From Macrostomum lignano (Eukaryota): DNA of 64,000 nt. A program made the position numbers and the translations under genes. The stretch's first letter is position 1. Every line of letters begins with the position of its first letter. This document shows, piece after piece, positions 23,565 to 36,859 of this stretch. The notes below the pieces were generated by a model. That model ran no database searches. It was not told the DNA's origin and worked only from the letters and a program-made list of their open reading frames with translations. The stretch spans positions 62,001 to 126,000 of the forward strand of contig NIVC01000663.1 in assembly GCA_002269645.1 (NCBI GenBank). Direction: 5' to 3'.

Positions 23565-26500
23565 TAAATAGCTAGCTAACTAACTAACTAACTAACTAGC
23601 TAACTAACTAACTAACTAGCTAACTAGCTAGCTAACTAACTAACTAGCTAACTAACTAACTAGCTAGCTAACTAGCTAACTAACTAACTAACTAACTAAC
23701 TAGCTAACTAACTAACTAACTAGCTAACTAGCTAACTAAATAGCTAACTGACTAGCTAACTGACTAGCTAACTAACTAGCTAGCTAACTAACTAGCTAAC
23801 TAACTAGCTAACTAACTGACTAACTAACTAACTAGCTAGCTAACTAGCTAACTAACTAACTAGCTAACTAGCTAGCTAACTAACTAACTAGCTAACTAAC
23901 TAACTAACTAACTAAATAACTAACTAACTAGCTAGCTAACTAACTACTAGCTAACTAACTAACTAGCTAGCTAACTAGCTAACTAGCTAGCTAACTAACT
24001 AACTAGCTAACTAACTAACTAACTAACTAGCTAGCTAGCTAACTAGCTAACTAACTAACTAACTAGCTAGCTAACTAACTAGCTAACTAACTAACTAACT
24101 AACTAGCTAGCTAACTAACTACTAGCTAACTAACTAACTAGCTAGCTAACTAGCTAACTAGCTAGCTAACTAACTAACTAGCTAACTAACTAACTAACTA
24201 ACAAACTAGCTAGCTAACTAGCTAACTAACTAACTAGCTAACTAGCTAGCTAACTAACTAACTAGCTAACTAACTAACTAGCTAGCTAACTAGCTAACTA
24301 ACTAACTAACTAGCTAACTAACTAACTAACTAGCTAACTAGCTAACTAGCTAACTAACTAGCTAACTAACTGACTAACTAACTAACTAGCTAGCTAACTA
24401 GCTAACTAACTAACTAACTAACTAGCTAGCTAACTACTAGCTAACTAACTAACTAGCTAGCTAACTAGCTAACTAGCTAGCTAACTAACTAACTAGCTAA
24501 CTAACTAACTAACTAGCTAGCTAACTAGCTAACTAACTAACTAGCTAGCTAACTAACTAGCTAACTAACTAACTAACTAGCTAACTAGCTAACTAACTAG
24601 CTAACTAACTAGCTAACTAGCTAACTAACTAACTAACTAACTAGCTAGCTAACTAGCTAACTAACTAACTAACTAGCTAGCTAACTAACTAGCTAACTAA
24701 CTAACTAACTAACTAGCTAACTAGCTAACTAACTAACTAACTAGCTAACTAACTAGCTAACTAGCTAACTAACTAACTAACTAACTAGCTAGCTAACTAA
24801 CTAGCTAACTAACTAGCTAACTAACTAACTAGCTAGCTAACTAGCTAACTAAATAGCTAGCTAACTAGCTAACTAACTAACTAACTGACTAGCTAACTGA
24901 CTAGCTAACTAACTAGATAACTAACTAGCTAACTAGCTAACTAACTAACTAACTAACTAGCTAGCTAACTAGCTAACTAACTAACTAACTAGCTAGCTAA
25001 CTAACTAGCTAACTAACTAACTAACTAACTAGCTAGCTAACTAACTAACTAACTAGCTAACTAGCTAGCTAACTAACTAACTAGCTAACTAGCTAACTAA
25101 CTAACTAACTAGCTAACTAACTAACTAACTAGCTAACTAACTAACTAACTAGCTAACTAGCTAACTAGCTAACTAACTAGCTAACTAACTGACTAACTAA
25201 CTAACTAGCTAGCTAACTAGCTAACTAACTAACTAACTAACTAGCTAGCTAACTACTAGCTAACTAACTAACTAACTAGCTAACTAGCTAACTAGCTAGC
25301 TAACTAACTAACTAGCTAACTAACTAACTAACTAACTAGCTAGCTAACTAGCTAACTAACTAACTAGCTAGCTAACTAACTAGCTAACTAACTAACTAAC
25401 TAGCTAACTAGCTAACTAACTAGCTAACTAACTAGCTAACTAGCTAGCTAACTAACTAGCTAACTAACTAACTAACTAACTAGCTAACTAGCTAACTAAC
25501 TAACTAACTAGCTAACTAACTGTCGCGACTTTCCTAGTCATTTCTTTAGTTCACCTTCACTTGTCTCTGTTTACTCCGTTTTCTCTCTCTCTGTCTAGCT
25601 CAATCTTGTTATTCTTATCTCTCTCTCCCTTGCTGCCTTCTGATTGGTTCTCCATTCTCGCCTCTCTCTTCAGTCGCGCACTTCACCCCTCTCCTTATTA
25701 TCTGGAGTCAACCCCCCTCTAAATTAGTCATATAAATATACTTGTTTGGGCCCTGCGCCCACTTACTGGCGTATCTTAGTATTCAATTTAACTCCAATTA
25801 AATAGTTTTTAGTTTAGTTAGTATTTTTTCTACATGGCGCCCAATGTGGGGCGCCCAATGAAAAATAATTCAGTCAATACAGTAAGGCTGGCAAAGGCCA
25901 TGCCATCGTCGTTGTCGTAGCCCTACACCAGTCATCTCGTCATCCCGTCATCGACTCCTAATCGTCTCGTCTCTGCTTGCCGGCCTCTCAATCGTCTCGT
26001 TGCCGGCCTCTCAATCGTCTCCTCTCTGGTTGCCGGCCTCAATCGTCTCGTCTCTGCTTGCCGGCTTCTCAATCGTCTCGTCTACCGGCCTCTCAATCGT
26101 CTCGTCTCTGGTTGCCGGCCTCTCAATCGTCTCGTTGCCGGCCTCTCAATCGTCTCGTTGCCGGCCTCTCAATCGTCTCGTTGCCGGCCTCTCAATCGTC
26201 TCGTCTCTGGTTGCCGGCCTCAATCGTCTCGTCTCTGGTTGCCGGCCTCTCAATCGTCTCGTCTCTGGTTGCCGGCCTCTCAATCGTCTCGTCTGCCGGC
26301 CTCTCAATCGTCTCATCTCTGGTTGCCGGTCTCGTCTTCGGAGTCGGTGCCGGCAGCATATTCACATTTCAACTCGGGCTGTCGGTCTCGTCTTCGGAGT
26401 CGGTGCCGGCAGCATATTCGCATTTCAACTCGGGCTGTCGGTCTCGTCTTCGGAGTCGGTGCCGGCGGCATATTCACAATTCAACTCGGGCCGTCGTCAC

Positions 26501-27573
26501 GTCTTCGGAGTCGGTGTCGGCAGTCAATCTCACCGGTCTTTGTCAAACTTTCTTCACTCGGTCCCCTCCTCTCTTGTCAGTGTCTCCAGTTGTCTCTAGT
26601 CGTCTCCAGTTGTTCTTTTCATCAACTTGATTCTCATCTCATCTCATCTCTCTCATCTCAGCTCTCTTACTCAACTGACAATGTTAATGTTTTCTCTAAA
26701 CTGTACTAGCCATTTACAATTAAAAATTGCTAATTTTTAAGGGGGAGGGCGGATATATTCAGTCTTTTCAGTCTTCTCATTGGTTCAAAAACTACTCAAT
26801 AAAAATCTAAGTTTAAAATTCGCTCTTAATATTTTGCATTCACTCTACTGTTTTTGTATTCAAATTCTTAGTCATATTATGTATTTTTCAAATCGTTTTA
26901 TACACCATTTATTGTGAATGTGTTTTTCAATTTAATTCGACCTAATTCTAACTCATTAATTTCAATTGGTAATGGTACTCGAAAATTCAAAAAATGTTCC
27001 ATTTTTTGGGGGGAGTGTCGCGACTTTCCTAGTCATTTCTTTAGTTCACCTTCACTTGTCTCTGTTTACTCCGTTTTCTCTCTCTCTGTCTAGCTCAATC
27101 TTGTTATTCTTATCTCTCTCTCCCTTGCTGCCTTCTGATTGGTTCTCCATTCTCGCCTCTCTCTTCAGTCGCGCACTTCACCCCTCTCCTTATTATCTGG
27201 AGTCAACCCCCCTCTAAATTAGTCATATAAATATACTTGTTTGGGCCCTGCGCCCACTTACTGGCGTATCTTAGTATTCAATTTAACTCCAATTAAATAG
27301 TTTTTAGTTTAGTTAGTATTTTTTCTACACTAACTAACTAACTAACTAACTAACTAGCTAGCTAACTAACTAGCTAACTAACTAGCTAACTAACTAACTA
27401 GCTAGCTAACTAGCTAACTAAATAGCTAGCTAACTAGCTAACTAACTAACTAACTGACTAGCTAACTGACTAGCTAACTGACTAGCTAACTAACTAACTA
27501 GCTAGCTAACTAGCTAACTAAATAGCTAGCTAACTAGCTAACTAACTAACTAACTGACTAGCTAACTGACTAG

Positions 27574-27604
<31 letters not shown>

Positions 27605-27955
27605 GCTAGCTAACTAACTAGCTAACTAACTAGCTAACTAACTAACTAGCTAGCTAACTAGCTAACTAAATAGCTAGCTAACTAGCTAACTAACTAACTA
27701 GCTAGCTAACTAGCTAACTAAATAGCTAGCTAACTAGCTAACTAACTAACTAACTGACTAGCTAGCTAACTAGCTAACTAACTAACTAGCTAGCTAACTA
27801 GCTAACTAAATAGCTAGCTAACTAGCTAACTAACTAACTAACTGACTAGCTAACTGACTAGCTAACTAACTAGCTAACTAACTAACTAACTAACTAGCTA
27901 ACTGACTAACTAACTAAAAACTAACTAACTAATGAACTAAAAAACTAACTCTTAA
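23565..27955. repeat. (TAAC/TAGC)n compound microsatellite, about 2.6 kb, split by the LTR element at 25521-27329
   Basis: Directly visible. Confidence 0.98.
25521..27329 (+). mobile_element. Non-autonomous miniature LTR retrotransposon (TRIM-like), 1809 bp
   Basis: 314-bp LTRs at 25521-25834 and 27016-27329 (TG...CA, identical by eye). PBS TGGCGCCCAATGTGGGGC at 25835-25852 matches the tRNA-Lys(CTT) 3' end at 17/18. Short PPT GGGGGGAG before the 3' LTR; CTAAC on both flanks; no gag/pol ORF. Confidence 0.93.
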
Positions 27956-28884
27956 CTCTTAGAGCAATATCACATGCATAATAAATAACAAATTATAAAC
28001 AACAAGACGAAAAAAGGCTTGAGTTAAATAATTGTAACGATGGTTTTGATGGGCAGGAACTCTGCTTATCCGTGTAATCTCTATAGAGTTGGGGCACAAA
28101 ATATTAGTGGATAATTGGCTGATTAGCGGCTGAATCTTGAGACATTTTGTCGGCAAGTGGGTACACGTATCATAGCTTAAGTTTAGACACAAATTATTTC
28201 TGCGTAAGTCAACAAATACAAAACGAGATTAGAAGTATTGCACAGTTAATATTAACACAAAATGTACAGCTTCAGGCGTTTGTGCTAAAATTTGTATTAG
28301 AAACACAAAAAGAAGGTAAGAAAAATTAAAAAAACATATACTACTAGTTAATACTACTTGTTAGCAGCTATTTTCAATTGTAGCTGCCTGCGAATTTATA
28401 TCTGAATAAGATAAAAATGAATGATGCGATGCGAGGGATAAGTTTATTTTTTTTATAAAATCAAAGCTCTGAGCTCAAATTGAGCAGCAAAATTTTAACA
28501 AGCAAATATCAGCGTTAATTGATTTCTGTCCCATAAAAAACGGAAGCTTTTCTACAAAAGTCAATGCAAAAATAAAAGAAAATTTTATTGACACTACTTA
28601 TATAGATTTGTGCAGTAGAGAAAAACGCAAAAAATCGTTAAAAAACCCAAAAAGAAGCAAATGGAGGAAGAGCAACGAAGGAGAGAAAAATAAAGCGCGT
28701 TTGAATTAGTTGTTTAAACGGATCACGAAAACGGACTAAAGCTGGATTAACGGATTGCACGCACTGTGTGCTATTGCGGAATAATTATATAGACTGGATT
28801 AGGACTGTCTGTGTTTCTAAGACTTCATATTAATACTCGTATTTGTCCGTACTTTGTATTGCGTACAATATAGTAATCATACAA

Positions 28885-29180
28885 CAGTTGCCATAGCAAC
28901 AAATAACCTAACTAGCTTCATATAAATCCATATTCTAAAAAGTGATCTTTTATTGTTGCCATAGCAACAAATAACCTAACTAGCTCCATATAAATCCTGA
29001 TTTCTAAAAGTGATCTTTTATTGTTGCCATAGCAACAAATAACCTAACTAGCTTCATATAAATCCTGATTTCTAAAAGTGATCTTTTATTGTTGCCATAG
29101 CAACAAATAACCTACTAGCTTCATATAAATCCATATTCCAAAAGTGATCTTTTATTGTTTCCATAGCAACCAATGAACCT
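28885..29180. repeat. 68-bp tandem repeat; each unit contains an RFX X-box (GTTGCCATAGCAAC)
   Basis: X-boxes at 28887, 28955, 29023 and 29091, plus the variant GTTTCCATAGCAAC at 29157. Confidence 0.92.
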
Positions 29181-29257
29181 AGACAGCTTTATTCGAAACC
29201 GTATTCATCATTTACTGTTTCTTTAGCGTTACCATAGAAACAAGCCAAACCGCTATA

Positions 29258-30732
29258 TCAGTTAGCCTTCTGCTTTCCAAACGGCATCGCGGCCCGAATC
29301 CGAGCATTGACCTCGTGATAGCGGTTCAACAGGTTGGCCAGGGCGGCGTCAACCTGAGCGTGCTGCATCGAGTACAGCTTAGGCAGGCTGAACAGTCCAA
29401 TGAGTGCCAGGCCAATCAGGGTGGTGGCGTTCATCCAGGCTCCGATGTAGGTCAGGCCAATCAGACAGCAGAACAGTTTCAGAGTGCGGATCGGATCCCG
29501 GCACAGCATCAGGCACAGCATGTAGTTGGCCGACTGCTCCAGGCTGGCTAGGCGGCGGTCCAGCCACTGGATGAGCTGCTGCCTGCGGTCATTGGGGCAG
29601 GCGCTCGGTTACTCTATGTTTAAAACCTCTCCTGATCCTTCACGATTTGTCACTCCCATCTCCCCTGATCCTTCACCGATCTGTCACTCCCATCTCCCCT
29701 GATCCTTCACCGATCTGTCAATCCCATCTCCCCTGATCCTTCACGATTTGTCACTCCCATCTCCCTGATCCTTCACCGATCTGTCACTCCCATCTCCCCT
29801 GATCCTTCACCGATCTGTCACTCCCATCTCCCCTGATCCTTCACCGATCTGTCACTCCCATCTCCCCTGATCCTTCACCGATCTGTCACTCCCATCTCCC
29901 CTGATCCTTCACCGATCTGTCACTCCCATCTCCCCTGATCCTTCACCGATCTGTCACTCCCATCTCCCCTGATCCTTCATCGATCTGTCACTCCCATCCT
30001 CCTGATCCTTCACCGATCTGTCACTCCCATCTCCCCTGATCCTTCCCCGATCCGTCACTCCCATCCCACCTGATCCTTCACCGATCTGTCACTCCTACCA
30101 CCCTGATCCTTCACCGATCTGCACTCCCAATCCTCCCTGATCCCCTAGCGAGTCACTCCCATCACTCTGATCCCCTAGCGAGTCACTCCCATCACTCTGA
30201 TCCCCTAGCGAGTCAGCGGTCCGGGCCACAACCTGGGCAGTCGCACTGGCGCATGCAGCAGACAGCGAAGCGGCAGCGGCTCATCAAGCCCAGCAGCCTC
30301 GTCATCATTCTCTTCATTGTCAGTGCCGGCTCCGCCAGCCTCCCGCTGCTGCTGGCGCCTGCGCAGGCGAACAAATCTGTACAGACGAATAGCGCAGACG
30401 CACATTAGCGCGGCCAAGCCAACGTAGGCCAGCACGGAGATAAACGAACGGGTGGCGACGGCCCACAGTAGGGCCAGCGACATGACCAGGACGGCGCCTG
30501 TCAGCCTGGGCTCCGTCCATAGCAGCAACGATTTCAGCCTTGGATGCGTCCGCTCGGCTAAGTAGCCGCAGTAGAGCAGCATGGCGGCCGGAGTAGAGCC
30601 GCAGGCTTGCTGCTTCTGCTGCAACAATTGCTTGCGCTGCTCCTGCAGCTCCCGATCGCTACCGTCTGACATGGCGGCTGAGTCGCCGGCGGCGTCAGTT
30701 GTTGAAACTATATCATCCGCTTCATTAGACAT
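29258..30732 (-). CDS. RTN: Reticulon (RHD-domain ER-shaping protein), 2 exons (30732-30233, 29582-29258), about 274 aa
   Basis: Reticulon homology domain: LLLWTEPRLTGAVL...SFISVLAYVGLA and DPIRTLKLFCCLIGLTYIGAWMNATTLIGLALIGLFSLPKLY. Phase-2 GT-AG junction. Confidence 0.9.
29630..30205. repeat. 34-bp minisatellite (GATCCTTCACCGATCTGTCACTCCCATCTCCCCT), reticulon intron
   Basis: Directly visible; fills most of the intron. Confidence 0.95.
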
Positions 30733-30864
30733 TGCTGATTAATAATAGCTATTTTGTTTCCTTAGGAAGAGGATTATTGTGGCTTAGCAAATTATATCTC
30801 ACTCTATAGCAGAAATGGCAAATGAAATACTGTGTGAAATAGAAACATGCTAAAATAGGGTTGT

Positions 30865-31965
30865 GGGCTCCCCAATAGGACAGTGAGCTCCCCAATGGGG
30901 TAGTGAGCTCCCCAATGGGGTAGTGAGCTCCCCAATAGGACAGTGAGCTCCCCAATAGGGTAGTGAGCTCTCCAATAGGGTAGTGAGCTCCCCAATAGGG
31001 TAGTGAGCTCTCCAATAGGGTAGTGAGCTCTCCAATAGGGTAGTGAGCTCCCCAATAGGGTAGTGAGCTCTCCAATAGGGTAGTGAGCTCTCCAATAGGA
31101 CAGTGAGCTCTCCAAAAGGACAGTGAGCTCCCCAATAGGACAGTGAGCTCCCCAATAGGGTAGTGAGCTCCCCAATAGGGTAGTGAGCTCCCCAATAGGA
31201 CAGTGAGCTCCCCAATAGGGTAGTGAGCTCTCCAATAGGACAGTTAGATCCCCAATAGGGTAGTGAGCTCCCCAATAGGACAGTGAGCTCCCCAATAGGG
31301 TAGTGAGCTCCCCAATAGGACAGTGAGCTCCCCAATAGGGTAGTGAGCTCTCCAATAGGACAGTGAGCTCCCCAATAGGACAGTTAGATCCCCAATAGGG
31401 TAGTGAGCTCCCCAATAGGACAGTGAGCTCCCCAATAGGGTAGTGAGCTCTCCAATAGGACAGTGAGCTCCCCAATAGGACAGTTAGATCCCCAATAGGG
31501 TAGTGAGCTCCCCAATAGGACAGTGAGCTCCCCAATAGGGTAGTGAGCTCCCCAATAGGACAGTGAGCTCTCCAATAGGGCAGTGAGCTCCCCAATAGGG
31601 CAGTGAGCTCCCCAATAGGGCAGTGAGCTCCCCAATAGGACGGTGAGCTCCGCTTTAGGACAGTGAGCTCCCCAATAGGGTAGTGAGCTCTCCAATAGGG
31701 CAGTGAGCTCCCCAATAGGGCAGTGAGCTCCCCAATAGGGCAGTGAGCTCTCCAATAGGACAGTGAGCTCCCCAATAGGGTAGTGAGCTCTCCAATAGGA
31801 CAGTGAGCTCCCCAATAGGACAGTTAGATCCCCAATAGGGTAGTGAGCTCCCCAATAGGACAGTGAGCTCCCCAATAGGGTAGTGAGCTCCCCAATAGGA
31901 CAGTGAGCTCTCCAATAGGACAGTGAGCTCTCCAATAGGGTAGTGAGCTCCGCTTTAGGACAGTG
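30865..31965. repeat. 20-bp minisatellite (CCAATAGGGTAGTGAGCTCC)
   Basis: Directly visible; source of many spurious minus-strand ORFs. Confidence 0.97.
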
Positions 31966-33399
31966 AGATCTTCTACACTCCAACAGTTTAATCTGCGCTA
32001 ATCGCATTACTAAACACCCAATCCCTATCAGCCAGAGAAACAGGGTCAAATAAGGTAAGGAAATCAGTCACACTAATCTCAAAGAAGCAGTATACTCTCG
32101 CTAGACATGTCAACGCGATGTGTACTATTGTATATTTGGGAAAATAATGTGTCGGGGGGGAAAATAATTTGCAAACAAAAGCCGAAAGATAAAATTATCA
32201 TTAAAATACCGCAACCAATAGTGGACGTCTGTCCACTATTGTAAAATAATAATTAAACATACTTGCATACCGCACACCAGCAAAAACTATATAAATAGTA
32301 TAGATTTATTAGAAAAGTATTGCACAATAGACAAATAATATTAAAGATGAGTTCGGTCCATAGGCACAGCACAGCACTATTCAAATGTACAATCATATAG
32401 CGCAATCAGAAAGACAACAGTCCAGCGTTGTGGTTAATGGAAGGGAATTTATGATTGTTGCAAGATCTAAGCAACTAGACTAGTCTTTCTTCATTTACAA
32501 AATCAACTAATCGAAATAGTAAATTGAAGAGATGTACTCGTAATAAAAATTAACACTCACAAAATACTCGTTAAATTTAGATACAGTTCATTAATCGGAT
32601 GCTGAACGTATAGGAAGACAGTATGAGCGCAATTGAAAATCAACGCAGTTCACTCATTCGTTACACGCGCTAGAATGGAGCCATAATTTCTAATTATTTT
32701 CAGTCTGTTTAGATTTCCTAAGAAACGTAATAAGCCTTGTAAATCTCAAACTGGATATTGATTGCTGCCTAGCTTTTGTCTACGGCCAGGAAACAAAAAT
32801 ACCAAAAAAGATCTGTCTGCATGCAAAGCACGAATTGCAAGGTTTGGTCATAGACATCAAGCATCAACACTTTCGAGAATTGAAGGTTTGGCCATAGACA
32901 TCAAGCATCAACACTTTCGAGAATTGCAAGGTTCGGCCATAGACATCAAGCATCAAAACTATCCAGAATTTAAAGGCTCGCCCATAGACAACAAACATCA
33001 ACAGGGCGCACTTTTGAGACGGTGCAATATAATAAGTAGTGCGAGCGTAATAACTGTGAATGGAAGAACTGGTATTGGCGCACGAGTTCAAAAAAATAGT
33101 TATACATAAACATAACAGAAAAATGAGACTAGAGTGGCACTGATTGCACACTACTGCAGCGATACTTTTTGACTATCATCTTTAAACGCCAATAATGAAA
33201 TATTGATAGATCTGGCAAAAGGCCAATGGATTAGATATATAATATATAATAAATGATACATAATAAACGCAAACGCGAAATCACAAAGCACGCGACAAAG
33301 ATGGGAATGGTTAGCATTGGAAAACTGCAAACAATAAACAACAGGCGCAGCACAAAAATACACTGCCTGCAAGCAACTAAAAATTAGGTCTATGTATCG

Positions 33400-33822
33400 C
33401 ACTGAGGATCTGGGAGGCTGGCCCAGCAACTGAGGATCTGGGATGCTGGCCCAGCAACTGAGGATCTGGGAGGCTGGCCCAGCAACTGAGGATCTGGGAG
33501 GCTGGCCCAGCAACTGAGCATCTGGGAGGCTGGTCCAGCAACTGAGGATCTGGGAGGCTGGCCCAGCAACTGAGCATCTGGGAGGCTGGTCCAGCAACTG
33601 AGGATCTGGGAGGCTGGCCCAGCAACTGAGCATCTGGGAGGCTGGCCCAGCAACTGAGGATCTGGGAGGCTGGCCCAGCAACTGAGCATCTGGGAGGCTG
33701 GCCCGGCAACTGAGCATCTGGAAGGCTGGCCCAGCAACTAAGGATCTGGGAGGCTGGCCCGGCAACTGAGCATCTGGGATGCTGGCCCAGCAACTGAGGA
33801 TCTGGGAGGCTGGCCCAGCAAC
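33400..33822. repeat. 28-bp minisatellite (CTGAGGATCTGGGAGGCTGGCCCAGCAA)
   Basis: Directly visible. Confidence 0.95.
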
Positions 33823-34116
33823 AGGGCATTTGGGATTTATGACTGAGGATCTGATTTATTTCAGTTGCGGGTTGGAGGTGGCTCATTGTAAGGTCTTGGT
33901 AGATTGGTATCGGCTATAAATAATAACTGAAAAATGTACCAAGAAAAAAGAAAACCAAGACTGGTTGCCTGATGAAACTGTCAGCGAAAGAAAATGTACG
34001 CGGAACTTCACAGCTGATTAGTAAGTGTCGCTATAATGCTATCATGCACGAGTAGACGCGACTACAATACGACTATACGATAGAAACGAGCGCTACTAAG
34101 CCAGAAATTATTGGAT

Positions 34117-34667
34117 TTAAGCGCCTGGCAGCTCTAAATGACAGAACGGATTGCTTCGATTCATAGTCGGCTCGCTGTTGGACCGGTGCACCTTGGGGGC
34201 ATTCTCCAGGATGCCCAGGATCTGCGGATTGGCCAGCACCCCGGGGATGAGAGGGGAAGAAATTCCAATAATTAGTTATAATCAGATTTCAGCCAGACTG
34301 CGGCGCCATGAGCTGGCACTGAGCGAGCGCTAGGAGTGAGGAAAAAAACAAGAAGTTACGATTGATAAAATCAGAGGAATCCAGAGAGCAATAGAACCGA
34401 GAGATGGGCTGAACGTGTAATAAAAAGAGACGGAGAAAGTTGGGAACAGAAGAAAGACAGTTTCTATCTGTCCGACTGTCACTATAAGATGACAGAGATG
34501 GACGGACTGGAGAGCAGATAGAGAGAGACAAACAGAAAGACAAAGAGGCAGACAGACAGACAGACAGACATACAGACAGATAGATAGACAGACAGAGACA
34601 GACAGACAGACACTAAGACCGACCGACAGACAGACAGACAGACATACAGACAGATAGATAGACAGAC

Positions 34668-34698
<31 letters not shown>

Positions 34699-36826
34699 CT
34701 AAGACCGACCGACAGACAGACACTAAGACCGACCGACAGACAGACAGACAGACATACAGACAGATAGATAGACAGACAGAGACAGACAGACAGACACTAA
34801 GACCGACCGACAGACAGACAGGCAGGCAGGCAGACAGAATCCAGCGGGCTTACAATCCTGAACAGCGGCCGCAGCGCTCTATCAAACTGCACGCACTTGG
34901 CCAGCAGCTCGGGCAGCGGAGCCGGCGTATCCTTGCGCAGCCGGCCAGGGTCGGGCCGAAGCGCGCCCCGGCCAACGTTAAACAATATCAGGTCTTTATT
35001 ATTGCACAGGCCGCTGTAGGGCAGCTGGCCGCTGCACAATTCGTATAGCACAACGCCGTAGGCGTAGACGTCAGATTTAACAGAATAGGGCTCGTCGTCT
35101 TCCATTCGTATCACTTCGGGAGCCTGGCGGATTTCAGTAAAAAATTTGAGTTTTTAGTCCCTTATTTCTACTGTTATTGTATTATCTACAAAGTGTGGAT
35201 ATCTTTGTTATAATGTTCCGATAATTTTTCCGGGTTTGCACTTTATTACAAGCTTACAATCCAACAAGTTTTTTTTTGACATTTGACTAAAAACTCAAAA
35301 CTCAAAACTCACCCCCTACTGTTACGTTATACAAGTATGAGTATTTTTATTCACCATCCACAGAATGGAGCCGCTTGGCTGCCGACACTGCCGTGAGCCG
35401 CTCCAAGGCGTTTTCACTGTTGCCAGGCCAAAGTCGCCAATCTTCACTGCGCTCTCGTGCAGTAGAATGTCTGATTTCGAGTGGGGCGAAGGAGTGATTT
35501 AGGCGAAATAAATTGCTTTCAAATATCAATCTTCGGATTTGATGACCTCAAATTGACCCCTGGATTGAGGGCACGGAATTTTAGGACCTAAGATGAGCAA
35601 ATTATTTTAATTATAGACCATGCTATTGCCAGTAGTGAACTCAGCCTGAAAGATATTGATGAGACGGTTTTTTACACATGCGGTGACCTCAGATGACCCC
35701 GACTGAAGAAAAGGGTATCAAGGATCCAGTGACCTTAGGTGAACCCAGTTTAAGGACACGGGTATCCAGTGACCTTAGATAAACCCCGATTGAGGACACG
35801 GGTATCAAGGATCCAGTGACCTTAGGTGAACCTAGTTTAAGGACACGGGTATCAAGGATCCAGTGATCTTAGGTGAACCCAGTTTAAGGACACGGGTATC
35901 CAGTGACCTTAGATAAACCCCGATTGAGGACACGGGTATCAAGGATCCAGTGACCTTAGGTGAACCTAGTTTAAGGACACGGGTATCAAGGATCCAGTGA
36001 CCTTAGGTGAACCCAGTTGAAGGACAAGGGTATTAGGGATCCAGTGACCTTAGATAATTCCAGATTGACGACACGGGTATTAAGGAGCCGGTGACCTTAG
36101 GTGAACCCAGTTGAAGGACACGGGTATTAGGGATCCAGTGACCTTAGATAATTCCAGATTGACGATACGGGAATTAAGGAGCCGGTGACCTTTAGAAAGA
36201 CTTACTGCTAGACTTCAGATCTCGGTGTATAATCCGCTTAGCATGCAGATAGTCCATGCCCTGTGCGGTCTGCCTGGCAATGTCGAGCAGGTCGTCAGGC
36301 TTGAAAGCGGCATCGAGCACGTGCAGATGCCTATACAACGAGGAGCCGTCGCACCATTGTGTGATAATAGCCAGCTTAGGCTTGCTAACGCAGCCAAGGA
36401 AGAGCAGCACATTCTCGTGTCGAGTCTTTCTCAGCACGGCTACTTCATTTTTAAACGCCTGAGTTTGCATAGCGCTCTGATCGACTACGTTGAGCTCTTT
36501 AATAGCCACAGGGCCGTGCCAGTAGCCTTTGTACACGGTGCCAAATGATCCTGAGCCGATGCACTCGTAGCGTACAATTGCGTCGTGCGGAATCTCCCAA
36601 CCGTCGCGCGACTCCCGACGACGTCTGGCGCCGTTAGAAGCGCCGCCGGCTCCACTGCCAGACGTCGATGCTAGAGAAGTTGACGATGGCCGGTCGCGAT
36701 GCAGGCCAAATTGTTGGTACTGAAACGAGCCGGAAGGAACGTGAGGCAACAGATAGGCCACTCTTTGCGACTGCTGATGCTGGTAAATCTGCTGCTGCTG
36801 CTGCTGCAACTGTAGCTGCAGTTGTT

Positions 36827-36859
<33 letters not shown>

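Noticed and set aside
28885-29180. Regularly spaced palindromic repeats resembling a CRISPR array
   Set aside because: The intervening sequences are near-identical rather than unique spacers, the context is eukaryotic, and there are no cas genes.
32216-32241. Perfect 11-bp hairpin CAATAGTGGAC-gtct-GTCCACTATTG
   Set aside because: Isolated; no element termini or RNA-gene context could be tied to it.
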